Source: Octopus sinensis (Eukaryota). Taken from it: 64,000 bases of DNA. This document shows positions 1 to 12,536 of this stretch, in pieces (position 1 is the stretch's first letter; every line of letters starts with the position of its first letter). A program made the position numbers and the translations under genes. The notes below the pieces were generated by a model. It was not told the DNA's origin, ran no database searches, and saw only the letters and a list, made by a program, of their open reading frames with translations. Where the stretch lies: the NCBI RefSeq assembly GCF_006345805.1, contig NC_043018.1:248001-312000 (forward strand). Direction: 5' to 3'.

Positions 1-84
1 GCTACGGTGGGGCTTGAACTCACGACGTAGACATCCAGAATAAATGCAGTAAGGCAGCTCACTAGAAACATTCCGACTTCAAAT

Positions 85-215
85 TTTGCGAGTTCGACTT
101 TGCCTTTCATCCTTTCGATGAATTAAGTACCAGTTGCATACTGGTAATCGACTACCCCCCCCCGCCTCCTACAAAAATTTCAGGTTTTGTGCCTAGAGTA
201 GAAAAGAATATATTT
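85..215 (+). mobile_element. SINE family A, 3' half with tail type A2
   Basis: Carries the family-A core GTTCGACTTTGCCTTTCATCCTTTCG...AATTAAGTACCAG, then C-run and TTTCAGGTTTTGTGCCTAGAGTAGAAA tail also seen at 548-755, 1350-1410 and 14580-14626. Confidence 0.8.
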
Positions 216-547
216 AGCGGTACTTGAAAGGATAAAGACAAAATTTGTAACTAAATATTTTATAAATAAACACTGCAGCAATGATGCTAATCCTTCACCT
301 TCAACTGGTTATAATAAAATGTAATTATTTCGGACATCGGTATAACGCTTCAAAGTTTCATGCAGAGTTCAGTTGATTGATATATTTTGATATACTCCGA
401 TTATTTGATCAATACTTATTTTATCGGTCTCCGAGCGGACGTGAATTAAAAGTTCAGACTGTTGTTGCCAATATTTTAGTCATTAAACTATGAAGATAAA
501 CGACGAAGTATTTTAGTTTTAGCACTCCACTATTTCTATCACATAAT

Positions 548-755
548 ATTGGTGCCAAATCTTAAGACAAGGCTCGAAATTTCGTAGGGTGGATAATTCG
601 GTTATATGAACCCCCATGCTCATTTTATCAATCCCGAAAGGATGAAAGGTAGCATCGACCTTGGCGAACTTTGAACTCACAACATAAACACGAACAAAAT
701 ACTGCTAAGCATTTTGTCCGGCGTGATGCTAAGGATTCTGCCAGTTCATCACCTT
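548..755 (-). mobile_element. SINE family A (A2 tail), diverged
   Basis: Reverse-strand match to family A: CCCGAAAGGATGAAAGG...TTGAACTC...GCTAAGCATTTTGTCCGGCG...TCTGCCAG. Confidence 0.75.
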
Positions 756-877
756 TTTCTGTAATATGATATTGTCTCTAGTTTTCTCGCAATGTTCTTA
801 ACATCGAAGGGATTGTAGGTGGCTTGCTAGTTACATCAAGCTCAGTAACTTGATTTGGAAACGTATCATTGATTTCA

Positions 878-1260
878 GAGTGGAGGCCCAGTGGTTAGGG
901 CAGCGGACTCGCGGTCATAGGATCGCGGTTTCGATTCCCAGACCGGGCGTTGTGAGTGTTTCTTGAGCGAAAACACCTAAAAGCTCCACGAGGCTCTGGC
1001 AGGGGATGGTGGTGATCCCTGCTGTACTCTTTCACCACAACTTTCTCTCACTCTTACTTCCTGTTTCTGTTGTACCTGTATTTCAAAGGGCCGGCCTTGT
1101 CACTCTCTGTGTCACGCTGAATATCCCTGAGAACTACGTTAAGGGTGCACGTGTCTGTGGAGTGCTCAGCCACTTACACGTTAATTTCACGAGCAGGCTG
1201 TTCCGTTGATTCGGATCAACCGGAACCCTCATCGTCGTAACCGACGGAGTGCTTCCATCC
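878..1260 (+). mobile_element. SINE family B (tail B1), full length with 11-bp TSD, nested in an A-family copy
   Basis: tRNA-like head (GGCCCAGTGG A-box-like, GGTTTCGATTCC B-box-like). Direct repeat CATTGATTTCA at 867-877 and 1261-1271. The interrupted A-family sequence resumes at 1261-1345. Near-identical copy at 28224-28609. Confidence 0.92.
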
Positions 1261-1349
1261 CATTGATTTCAAAATGATGAATGGGAAAGTCGACCCCGAC
1301 GGAATTTGAACTCAAAAGGTGATGACGGAAGAAATGCGGCAAAGTATTT

Positions 1350-1964
1350 GTTCTACTTTAGGCACAAGGCCCGAAATTTGGGGTGGGGAGGGTTCCAGTC
1401 GCTTAGAGCGACCCGGTACGCAACTGGTAATTAATTTATCGACTCTGAAAGGATGAAAGGCAAAGTCGACCTCGGTGGAATTTGAACTCAGAACGTAGAT
1501 ACAGACGAAATAGCGCTAAGAATTTCGCCCTGCCAGCTAACGTTTCCTATTTCTTTACTGTCTACAAGGGGCTTCACACAGAGGGGAAAAACAAGGACAG
1601 ACAAACGGATTAAGTCGAGCATATCGAATCTAGAGCGTAACTGGTACTTATTTAATCGACTTCGAAAGGATGAAAGGGCAAAGTCGACCTCGGCGGAATT
1701 TGAACTCAGAATGTAGCGGCAGACGAAATATATTTCTTTACTACCCACAAGGGGCTAAACACAGAGGGGACAAACAAGGACAGACGAACGGATTAAGTCG
1801 ATTATATCGACCCCAGTGCGTAACTGGTACTTAATTTATCGACCCCGAAAGGATGATAGGCAAAGTCGACCTCGGCGGAATTTGAACTCAGAATGTAGCG
1901 GCAGACGAAATAGCACTAAGCATTTCGCCCGGCGTGCTAACGTTTCCGCAACGTCTCCGCCTTA
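1350..1964 (-). mobile_element. Tandem array of three SINE family A units
   Basis: The unit GAAAGGATGAAAGGCAAAGTCGACCTCGGCGGAATTTGAACTCAGAA recurs at about 1447, 1665 and 1848 head-to-tail. Only the last unit has a complete 5' head. Confidence 0.9.
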
Positions 1965-2496
1965 ATGCAGCAAATTATTTTGCGTGGCTGGCTGAAGATT
2001 TTGGCAGTTTGCTGCGTTCATGTTTTCCACTAGGAATAATACTAATAATTTTAAATTTTTAATTAAGTTCGCTCCAATTTCGGTGTGGTAACAGATGGTT
2101 CAATCGTTCAGTAGCAGCGTCCTTCCTGTTGTACTGTTTCGCCAAATTCCGGTAAACTGAGATCAGGTATTAGCGGAGATGGCTAAATGCTACAAGAGAT
2201 ATTGACCAACCATAGTGTGTTTGAATCACACAAGATAATAATACAGAATAAATATATAATTAACTCAGGTGTTGGTACAACAGAATCAATTGCCTGGCAC
2301 TTTGTTCAGAGTTTTAAATGGAAGTGTTATCACATTTAGTCTGATCAATTAATGGTTCGCAATAAAGATAAACACGTGTAATATTCTCAATAGAAGACAC
2401 TTCTCGCAATATGGGGCGTTGCTGCTGCTACACAAGCAGAAATTGTATACCTCATCGATAAGGAGGTCACCTGAATACTTTGCGATGTTTCTTTAA

Positions 2497-4820
2497 CCTT
2501 CTGTCTACCAATGGGTTCAATGGACCCATTTCAGTTGCTTTTTCCTGCAGTTTATGTTAATTATTTCCGATTTCTCATGACCCTTATGTTTTTTGATTAC
2601 TTGTCAAATGGGAAAATTTTCCGTATGTTTATAAAAGCTAGAAAATTTCACTTAATCATTAATTACCCTATTGGTCCATTGGACCCTAGAATTAAATTCA
2701 GACAACACTTTTGTCATTCTAAACAGAATAAAAGAAGAATCATATTATTTTACCAGATATTTACCAAATATAAAATATATAAATTGCATTCAATTATTTG
2801 CTGAAGTTTGAATAAAACAGGGAAAATCATGAACATATTCTTGTGATTTTGTGTGTTGTTGCTAGATTATAGGGTGAAGCAATGTGTCTATGTGATGATG
2901 CATTTCTTACACTATAATGAGTTATCTCTCAGGAGAGTATGAATATGCAAGAGAGCAATATCTGCCTTTAGTCTGCTATCAAGTGTCATAAAGTTCACTT
3001 GTGCTTTCCAATATGCCTAGACGTGAAAACTTGATTGAGGACCAAATATCGAAAGGGTTACTGGTATTAGATGAAAAATGGCAAGAAGATACTAGTGATT
3101 CCTTCTATTGTTCTGAAGATGGTGAAAGTGATTCTGTGCTGGACAGTTTTAGGTTTTGTGTCGTCAGATGATGAAGATACTTAAAAACAATTATCTGCAA
3201 GCCACCCAATTATGAATGAGCAACATGTTTCCAGAGACAGACAAGAAGATTGGCATTTTCATCCTCTTACCCAAGCAGCAGGAAGACCTTCATCTTGCAA
3301 TATTGTGCGCCGAGAATGTGGACCATCCCGTCTTGCTAAAAGGTCTTGCGATAGTATTGAAACATGTTTTACTATATTTATGCGCCAGAATCTTCTTGAA
3401 GTAATTCGTAAATGGACAAACGTTGAAGGTCAGGTTGTTTACAAAGATAAATGGAAGGAAATTGATCCCTCTGAACTAAAGAAATTTCTTGGACTGATTA
3501 TTCTTATTGGCGTTTATAAATCTAAACATGAAAATGTCACACAGTTATGGAGCCACGAAGATAGCCGCCCAATATTCAACAAAATTATGAGCCGGGGAAG
3601 ATTTCAACAGATTTTATATGTATTGCGTTTTTGATGATGCGAGTGCAAGAAGGAAAAAGAGAAGTAATGATAAAAATGAATTTGTAAGATGGATATGGTC
3701 CAAGTTCATGCATGACAGTTGATGAACAATTAGTTTCATTCAGAGGGCGCTGCCCATTCCGGGTATATATTCCTTCAAAATCAGGGAAATATGGAGTTAA
3801 AATTTGGGCAATATGTGACAGTGAAACATTATGCCTGGGAAATGCAAATCTACCCTGGAAAAAGAGCGATTAAAAGGGAGAGAGACAAATAAAGGTTCAA
3901 GAGTTGTTGAAGACCTAGTAAAAGTACTTGAAAATACTGGTCACAATATAACGTGTGATAATTATTTTACAAGTCTAGGATTCGTTCGAAAGCTGCTTAG
4001 CAAGAAAACTACTTTAGTTGGAACAATTAAAAAGAACAGAGTTGAACTTCCAAGTGCTTTCGCAAATGGAAAAGAAAGAGAAATCAACAGCACAATATTT
4101 GTATTTCAAAAGGATTCTACGAACCTATCTTATTTTCCCAAGAAAAATTATGTTCAGTACAATGCACTCTCAGCCTTTAATTGGTTTAAAATGTGCTGGA
4201 AAGTTATAATGTTACAGCAAAAAAAAGAGGAGCAGTAGATACCATAGATAAGATGGTAACGACATACGCTTGCAACAGAGTGTTTCGAGGATTACCTATG
4301 GTTATATTCTACAACATAATTTATATAAGAGCAGTGAATACTTTCATGTTGCTAAGCAGATTCACTTGCAAAGTTTCAAGTATAAAAGAAGACAGTGTCT
4401 AATTCAGTTAGGAAAGGAGCTTGCTGAAGTTAATGTTAAACAAGAACGTGACAAATAATCTTTTAGTTCCGCTAAGATTTCTCAACCAAGGAAGAAACGA
4501 AGACACTCTTCAACCTCATTTGAGATTCCTCAACCAAAGAAAAAAATGAAGATGCACTTTGTGTGGCGCCCAAAAAGACAGGAAAACCTGTACTAAATGT
4601 GAGCATTGTAATATCCGTGATTGCCAAGAACATTCCAATGTTATCTGCATTTACTGCCATGAAGAGCTGTAATTCTGTATTTTTGTAATTTCTAAAACTT
4701 ATAATATATTCTGTAAGCTGTAGCTTTTTTATTAAATTTCTGAGAAACAGTAATTCTTCATTCACCTGATGTAGCTAAGAAATATTAGTGACAGTTGGTA
4801 ATTCTCTGAAAGACCAAGTG
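2497..4820 (+). mobile_element. Decayed piggyBac DNA transposon
   Basis: Left end TTAA(2493-2496)|CCTTCTGTCTACCAATGGGTTCAATGGACCCAT, with an inverted subterminal copy GGTCCATTGGACCC near 2673, followed by the transposase pseudogene. The right end (…AGACCAAGTG|TTAA 4821-4824) is only tentative. Confidence 0.75.
3013..4672 (+). pseudogene. piggyBac (PGBD-like, DDE_Tnp_1_7-type) transposase pseudogene
   Basis: Frameshifted pieces: acidic N-terminus MPRRENLIEDQ…DTSDSFYCSEDGESDS; …KKFLGLIILIG…LWS…IMSRGRFQQILYVLRF; TVDEQLVSFRGRCPFRVYIPSKSGKYGVKIW (D at 3721); HNITCDNYFTS (D at 3957); GAVDTIDKM (D at 4238); C-terminal RCTLCGAQKDRKTCTKCEHCNIRDCQEHSNVICIYC-stop (4550-4672). Multiple stops, frameshifts and a deletion near 3675. 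Confidence 0.95.
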
Positions 4821-5714
4821 TTAACCAACAAAATAAAGCCAAAAAAAATAGCAATCCAAACATTCGTCTTCGATTGTTGCCGCCGTTGCATCGTCTACTG
4901 TGATATGTATTTTCTAGACTCTATGCATGATAAAGCGATTTTCCAACTAACAAACTGCAACTGTCCATGTTGAGTAAACATTGTGCTAAGTCTAATATCT
5001 ATGAAACACCATTAATTTCTGTCGTCATGACCACAAATATATCGACAACACATTTATTATTTTTGTATATAGATATTTTGTAATGTCTTTTTCTGCTTAT
5101 TAAATATCTGTATCAATGATTCCTTTGTTCTCCTCAAATCTCATTCACGGTCCTCCCTCTATTGTTTCCCTCCTTGGGGTTTCTTTCCCAGTCGTAAAAT
5201 CTTAACTTTGAACGCCAAGTATATACCAATGTAATGCACCTTGTGACCGTGCTAACATAATTCAGTGGTACCAAGAGATTATTATAGAAACTGTTGTCAC
5301 GCTATCGTATTTTTGGAGATTTTCGTTTTCCAAGAGAAATGTTAAATCTCCAAACAATAATATAACAAACATTGATAATTGATTTCAGGAAAATGGCAAA
5401 CAAGAAATATGAACGGAAAAGGAACGGAAAAGGAACATTTGATTCATTCGACTCCAGAAGCTGACGAATATTTCCTTTTTCTGATATTTGAAAGATTTTA
5501 AGCTCGGAACGTGGAAAAATAGCAAACAGCGACTGTCATAATAACAATTGACCTCTCCAAAGTCACAATAGAACCAACATGTCTTCGAGGAGTTAATATT
5601 TATAAGTTTGTACATATATTTCCCGTTTTACCCCATAATCAACTGATTCATCCAGGTATGAATCAACGCAGGTACAGAAAATAAACAAACTTGAGATTAG
5701 AATGTTACATGAAT

Positions 5715-5800
5715 GGAAATAGTATTAAATTACGCACTGGGGTCGATGTAATCGACTTAATCCATTTGTCTGTCCTTGTTTGTCCACTTAAATTATACAC

Positions 5801-5852
<52 letters not shown>

Positions 5853-6040
5853 GTTGTTGTTGTTGTTGTTGTTATTAAATCAGTGAGCTGGTAGTATCGA
5901 TAGTATGCTGGAGGAAAGTCTTAGTGGTATTTCGTTTGCAGTTACGTTCTGAATTCAAATTCCGCCGAGTTCGACTTTGCTATTCATCCTTTCAGGGTCG
6001 ATAAACTAAGTACCAGTTGAGTACTGGGGTAAATGTGCAT
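5715..6040 (+). mobile_element. SINE A 3' fragment, (ATT)n(GTT)n tract (5801-5876), then a second SINE A copy
   Basis: GCACTGGGGTCGATGTAATCGACTTAATCC…GTCC, then the trinucleotide tract, then GAGCTGGTAG…TTCAAATTCCGCCGAGTTCGACTTTGC…TAAGTACCAG. Confidence 0.85.
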
Positions 6041-6255
6041 TACGTAAAAATGATTATTATTCGTTCTGACACAATGCGTGCTTCTGTTAGCTCGTAAGTG
6101 GTTCGCTCTTAAATATGTCCCCAAACGTTGTTCATTGCTTATCTTGTAAAACGCTTGTCGAAACCACACCCTTAGCATAGGCTTGGTTGCTGGGACCCCT
6201 TCGGGGCTCAAATCCGAAAAGAATCACTTTGCTTCGAAAAATTAAATTTAATACT

Positions 6256-6672
6256 TATTTCTTTACTACTCACAAGGTGCTAAACACAGAGGGGACAAAC
6301 AAGGACAGACAAACGGATTAAGTCGATTATATCGACCCCAATGCGTAACTGCTACTTAATTTATAGGCCCCGAAAGGATGAAAGGCAAATTCGACTTCGG
6401 CGGAATTTGAACTCAGACCGTAGCGGCAGAACAAATGCCTATTTCCTTACTACCCACATGGAGCTATATACAGAGAGGACAAACAAGGACAGACAAACGG
6501 ATTAAGTCGATTATATCGACCACATTGCGTAACTGGTACTTATTTAATCGACCCTGAAAGGATGAAAGACAAAGTCGAGCTCGGCGGAATTTGAACTCAG
6601 AACATAGCGGCAGACGAAATACCGCAAAGCATTTCGCCCGGCTTGTTAACGTTACTGCCAGCTCGCCGCCTT
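6256..6672 (-). mobile_element. Tandem dimer of SINE family A (A1 tail)
   Basis: Two head-to-tail units, each with the GGGACAAACAAGGACAGACAAACGGATTAAGTCGATTATATCGAC tail. The second unit ends in the complete head …GCCAGCTCGCCGCCTT. Confidence 0.92.
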
Positions 6673-7030
6673 ACTGGGTTATAAATATACGAAACCCAAT
6701 ATAAACATCATGACTACTTGTCAGATAAGTGTTCATGAACCTTAATAATCACAACCATATGTGCGCGACATGGTGATGCTATATCAAGATTAACAGCGCA
6801 TGGCGTTGCAGGTGGGGCCCAGTTAGAATTTACTTTGGGTCGAGTAGCCCATCCTATTTTAAAAAGTCCCTGAATAAGGTTTGTTTAAGGATGATGAATG
6901 AAACTCCTGTTTCCTGAGGTGGGTTATTGAAACCACAAAGAATTCCTCTCATCACTTGATTTCTGCTTGTGATCAAAGATGCACATATCAACCACTAAGA
7001 GACATGCTCATGGGTTAAGGTCGAACAATC
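6673..7030 (-). mobile_element. Unclassified interspersed repeat family D (copy 1)
   Basis: Homologous to 14617-14990 and 48817-49225; shared blocks include GGCCCAGTTAGAATTT…GGTCGAGTAGCC and AAGGTTTGTTTAAGGATG. Confidence 0.75.
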
Positions 7031-7728
7031 CAAGGACGAAATGTGTTCCTATTACGGATTAACACATGGTTTCGAGCAGAATTCAAACCCAACAAAACGC
7101 ATTGTAAGTAAGAAATATTTGAAACCGGGAATGATGTTTAATCTCTAAAGGAAGTTAGCAGTCCGAAAAAATTATGATCGTGTCATTAATACTGATTAAT
7201 AAAGTTTAAAATCTACTCTTGTGACCGCTAGTCGTGACGTGTTTATGTTCGGTCATTACACATCTTGAAACAAATAAATAAATAAATACCAACTCTACGG
7301 TAAGTATTGCTTCATCGGACAACATTAATTGACAACATAAAATATTGTAAGATAATGAATACGATGAAAAGCCGCTCTCAATCATTTTTTTTCTCTTTTT
7401 TTTTATGAATTTGGATTTTTCCTTTACATTTTCAGATATACATTTAGGAAATTTTTGAACCACATAACACTCTGTATCTTTATGATTTTTCACATTTTCT
7501 CTTCTTTTCAAGCCAACTATTACCCAATATTTTTAATTAGCTAGGTGCCCGATGGAAAGCGCGTGGACAACATGATGAGGCGCGTGTTAGTCTATGTCAT
7601 TCATTTTCAAAATAGGCCTTATTGGTGTAGTGAAAGTGGGAGCCTAGTGAACGCGCGTAGCTTTATGCATATCTTTGAACGTTTGTATTTTCTGTTTCTC
7701 CGTGATACATTTATATATTAGTGGTCAC

Positions 7729-7890
7729 CATCATTGTTCGATCGTGGTCAAGACAATGGAAGTTACTATGTTACGCCAGACTTCACGGTCCGTCATGGCA
7801 TTACGGAGGTCCTGTTGCTGGATGCCTGTATCCCTGGAGATTACATCAGGGTAGGAGAGTGTGCGCCCTCTGGTATTGCGAGTAGATGGC
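7729..7890 (-). mobile_element. RTE-clade LINE, 3'-terminal fragment
   Basis: Minus strand reads LLWKPSTRNTRGRTLSYPDVISRDTGIQQQDLRNAMTDREVWR…; nearly identical to 34465-34640. Confidence 0.88.
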
Positions 7891-8081
7891 TTCCAGAGAA
7901 GAGTAGAAATTACTTCTTTTTCAGTGGTAAATTTTGGGATTTAAGCTTCGTATGTATGAATGAATATGCTTTCGATATGAAAATTATTTGACTTATCAGA
8001 TGGCTCACTGGGCATGTCTCTACAAATTTATACTTTCAGCATTTTTGTAATCTAAACTGAACTAGTGGTAAAAATGTTATG

Positions 8082-8399
8082 GGATCTTTTCCTTTTGAAC
8101 GGCAGTTTTCAACACAATTTCTAGTTAACTAAACACTTTTAAACTTCGTATACTGGTAGAATGTGTCAAAATTAAACATTTTGTTTCTCTTGGCTTTCTT
8201 GAGAAAATTGTAATTTGTAAGTTTAACGTAGTTTAACTTTTCGAATTTTAACCAAACCTATGGCCTCTATTGAGCTAAAATCATTTGCTGCGTCTAAAAA
8301 AATGTTTTATTTTGACACATTCTACCAGTATACGAAGTTTAAAAGTGTTTAGTTAACTAGAAATTGTGTTGAAACCTGCCGTTCAAAAGGAAACGATCC
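8082..8399. mobile_element. MITE-like fold-back element with 91-bp terminal inverted repeats
   Basis: 8082-8172 is the reverse complement of 8309-8399 with 2 mismatches. The sequence is homologous to one end of the 10503-10940 element. Confidence 0.88.
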
Positions 8400-10502
8400 A
8401 AATTATGTAATATAATGTGTTCGTGTGTTTCCTTCTATGAATTTCATGTCTCGAAATGGGTTTACGTTGCATATAAGATGTTACATCATCCGGAAAAGTA
8501 TCTTGCAATATTTCGTTACGGCTCTTTACTTTATGAGTTCAAATCACAATTAGGTCAATTTAGGTTTTCATCTTTCCGGAAGGGACAATAAAAATAGCGA
8601 ATAGACAAATATTGAAAGCCTATTTAATCGACTAACCCCTTGCCCTCCAGATTTGTAGCCATGTGCTTAAGTTATAAAGCATTTTTTATTTATAAAAAAT
8701 ATGATTCTCTTCCACGACTCTTTTAAACAAAATATCCGTAAAAAGAATAAGAAGACATAAAAACATAATAAACTTTAAACAAGCAGATCTTAAGAAACAA
8801 ATGAGAAAAATCGCTAATACTTAAAACTATGAAAAAAAAAAAAAAGACTGCCCCAAAAATCCAAACAACATACACAAAAAACAACCACCACACCAACCAC
8901 TCCGCTTCTGTTACCACTGAATTTTTGAAAAAAAGTTTCCGAAATGACCCCCACTTTCAAATAAGAAAAACAATCAAAAATTAAAAAAGAATAAATAAAT
9001 AAAAATTAAAACTTCCAAATTTGCCCGTTTAAACATTTATAGCTATAAACTGTTACGCTGTAGATCGATCCTAAGTCTCTCCTTAATGTGTCTGTTAGTT
9101 GTTAAACAAGTCTTCTCTCTATTAATTACTCAAAAACCGTCATCAAGTTTGTTAACAGAGTTGTTAGTTTTTACTCTTTTCTTTCTTTCTTTATTTATTT
9201 ATTCATACATCTTTACTTTCTTCTTCTTTTCCTTTTTGTTTTCAAAAGATATTGGAATTTCATTAGTCTTTAGATTAGATTAGGAAATTAATTGCGGCTT
9301 ACAATTTTTGCTAGTTTTTATTATGATGATTAATATTATTATTTTTCTATATATTTTTTTTTATTTTCTTTTTTTTTATATATATATGTATTTTTTTTTA
9401 TATATTTCTCAATATTTTTTTTTTCTTTATATGTATTATTTTTCTGCAGTATTGGTTCTGATTTTGGTTTTAACACTCGACGTCTGGTTCGGCATGGACA
9501 TCAAAGAAAATTAGAAATTTAAGGTTGACTTCAATTTCGTGTGAGGACACTATTTTATGTGTTTTTCCAGCTTTTCCTCACCGCCAACCCCCATCGCTAC
9601 CCCCCACTCTCTTTTAACCTTTACTCTCAGATTCACTTTATTCCAAGCACATTACCTTTCTTTTTCTTCTTCTTCTTCCTTTCTGTATTTGCGTCTGTCC
9701 ATCTTTCTCACTATTACCGCTTCGTTCTTCTTCTTCTTCCCTCTGTATATATATCTCTCACAACAAGACTCCCTCCAACGCTGTTTCTGTTTTCTCTACT
9801 TTCCTCCATAGATATTTCTCGTCGTTTCGTCCTCCCTTATTCCTTCCCCTTTTCAATGGTTCTCTTTCTCAATCTATTTATGACTATTATTATTATTTTT
9901 TATTGTAGTATTTTTCTTTCTTTCTTTTTATTTCCTACCCGCATCCTTTCCTATCTTTCCCCTCTTTGTTTCCATCTCTCCATTACCTTACTCTGTCTTC
10001 AAGTCTTTATTCTTTTGCGTAATAATTTCTCTTTTCGCATCGATATTCTGATCGCAAGCTAGAGTCATCGATGAACAAATGTTTTAGGATTTCACATACA
10101 TATATCGTCTCCAGCCAGTGAAGGTTTCGAAACCTATCAGAAGAAAATATAGGGAGGATGCATTCCTTTTTAGTGCACAAAACACGTGCAGCCAATAATA
10201 TTTGTTTTTATCGTTACCTGATTATGTACAACACACACACACCCATAGATGTATATAAATATATGAAACACAAAGCACATAGTAGGGCTTTGAAGGACCT
10301 GAACAAGGGATGAACAACACTGTAATTGATCTGATTATGTGTTCTAGAGGATCGTTCTGGGTAAGGGTCGCAGCGTTTAGTGTGGCTATGAAATAAGTCA
10401 TAATCGAGCTGATATGGTGGTAGTACCAGTAATAAATGCAGTTAATATATTTCCACGTAACATGGAAAACAGAACAAAGTACGAGGGGAATATTTAATTT
10501 CT

Positions 10503-10940
10503 TGGAACTTTTCTGTTTGAACGGCAGTTTTTCTAGCGGTGTCATATGAAATTGTGACACATAATTATGACCCTAGTATCAATCTATTGCATTTCAATCT
10601 GTTTTAGGTTTAGGGTTAGTTAGGGTAAGGGTTAGGGGTGGGAGGAAGGGTATCTTTTTTTCTTCAGAAATATAAATATACCCAATCTGTTTCTTAAACG
10701 AGGGACATATTCATACGACACAGAATGATTTTTTTACCTCAATAGACGTCAGTGATTGGTTGAAATTGCAGAAATGGAAGAAAAAAAAATAACGAATATC
10801 TTACAAACTATACAATTTTCTCAATAAAGCCACGAGAAAAAGATGTTTTATAAACACATTCTACCAGTATACGAAGTTTAAATGTGTTTAGGTAGGTGGA
10901 AATTATTTTAAAAAACAGCCGTTCAAACCGAAAACATCCA
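10503..10940. mobile_element. Non-autonomous DNA element with ~30-bp TIRs and an internal TTAGGG-like tract
   Basis: TGGAACTTTTCTGTTTGAACGGCAGTTTTT (10503-10532) pairs imperfectly with AAAAAACAGCCGTTCAAACCGAAAACATCCA (10910-10940). TTTAGGGTTAGTTAGGGTAAGGGTTAGGGG lies at about 10608-10638. Confidence 0.75.
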
Positions 10941-12129
10941 ATTTCTTAACTCCACAAGTTTCAGGAAGCCCACAATTTTGTCATAATAATAAAAATCATA
11001 CTTAGCAGATGAAATGTACAACGATTAATGGGTACGTAACTAGTAACCAGTCACCATAAGCTAGTACAACAAGTCTCCCCAAGAGAAGATTGGTAATTGT
11101 GGTGCATATAGTCGTGTTCGCAAAAATATACGTTTAAAATGATGTTTGCTCTATTGGGCCTCATTCTTGTAAACAGGATACTCTTTACTGCAGTGATACC
11201 CTAACGCAGCTTCATACTGTAAATGGTGACATCCTCGGTCCTACCTCGTGCATATCTGAGTGTATGAATCAGCATAGGCTGAATATTAAATGCGTATGAG
11301 ACCAGGTTGTAGAGAAAGCCTTCAGTTTTCCACGTAATGGGAAACCTGCTGTTGCTGGGCCTCCCAACTATGCCCGCTTTTTTAAAAAACTATTAATTGT
11401 TTACCCTTATATTAATAATAATGGAATTTTTCTATCCCTTATGATATTCCATAGTTCTATTTCTAAGGAAATATTTTTGTAATGCACATGGTGAAATTCT
11501 GGAGGGAAAGTACGAATTCATTCGCCTATATAGATTTGGCCTATGCTAGCTATCCTCCACTATTCCGACCGCGCTAGCTCGGGAAGCGAAGGTATGTACA
11601 ACATTTGATAAATCTATCCGAATGGAGAGTTACGTTGATAAGGATATGAATTTATAATTCTAATCCAGAAACGCGTCCGTAAATAACCCGAGACTCTGCT
11701 TTCGTTGTTTTTACCTTCTGTTTTACATATGTGAATTACATGGATATGTTATATGTGGATTCTTATTTTTAAAAAAGAGAAATAAACAGTCTTTGACTGC
11801 TATTTCTAAATTTTTCGGTATGTAGCTAAGCAACCTGTTGCTTGCCCCTTTTTATTTATATATAATATATATAGAATTTTTTTTAAAAAAGTTCCTACCG
11901 ATAACGGGTATATTTATATACCGAAATCTACCCGTAAATAATTATTGTTTTATTTTAAAAATATTGATTGTTTACCCTTGTATTATATATAAGCATGGCT
12001 GTGCGGTTAAGATTATTTCCTACCATGCGTTCCATCCCAGTGCAAGGTATTTTAGACAAGCGTCTTCGTGAGATAATTTAGTTGATAGAAACTAAAAGAA
12101 ACCCGTCATATATAAAAGAGTCTCTCTCT

Positions 12130-12536
12130 CTTTTAACACTTTTACTTGTTTCAGTCATATGACTGTGGCCATACTGGAGCACCGCCTTTAGTCGAACAAA
12201 TCGACCCCGGGACTTATTCTTTAGAAGCCTAGTACTTATTCTATCGGTCTCTTTTGCCGAACCGCTAAGTGACGGGGATGTAAACACACCAGCATCGGTT
12301 GTCAAGCGATGTTGGGGGGACAAACACAGACACACAAACATATACACACACATATATATATATTCATATATACGACGGGCTTCTTTTAGTTTCCGTCTAC
12401 CAAATCCACTCACAAGGCTTTGGTCAGCCCGAGGCTATAGTAGAAGACACTTTCCCAAGGTGGCACGCAGTGGGACTGAACCCGGAACCATGTGGCTGGT
12501 AAACAAGCTACTTACCACACGGCCACTCCTACGCCT
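12130..12536 (-). mobile_element. SINE family C, full length
   Basis: tRNA-like head (TGGCCGTGTGG; GGGTTCAGTCCC), internal (TA)/(TG) tract, and 3' …CCAGTATGGCCACAGTCATATGACTGAAACAAGTAAAA tail. Confidence 0.93.

Noticed and set aside
1006-1209. Apparent duplicated small gene (similar peptides at 1006..1209 and 28274..28525)
   Set aside because: Both lie inside TSD-flanked SINE B1 copies, so the similarity reflects the repeat and not a gene family.
1350-1964. Regularly spaced direct repeats suggesting a CRISPR array
   Set aside because: Units are 180-230 bp SINE bodies, the intervening sequence is also repeated, there are no cas genes, and the context is eukaryotic.
3013-4672. Domesticated PGBD host gene
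   Set aside because: Multiple frameshifts, stops and an internal deletion, and a transposon end is still present.
10600-10640. Telomere or interstitial telomeric site
   Set aside because: Only about four degenerate TTAGGG units, and they are internal to a TIR-bounded element.
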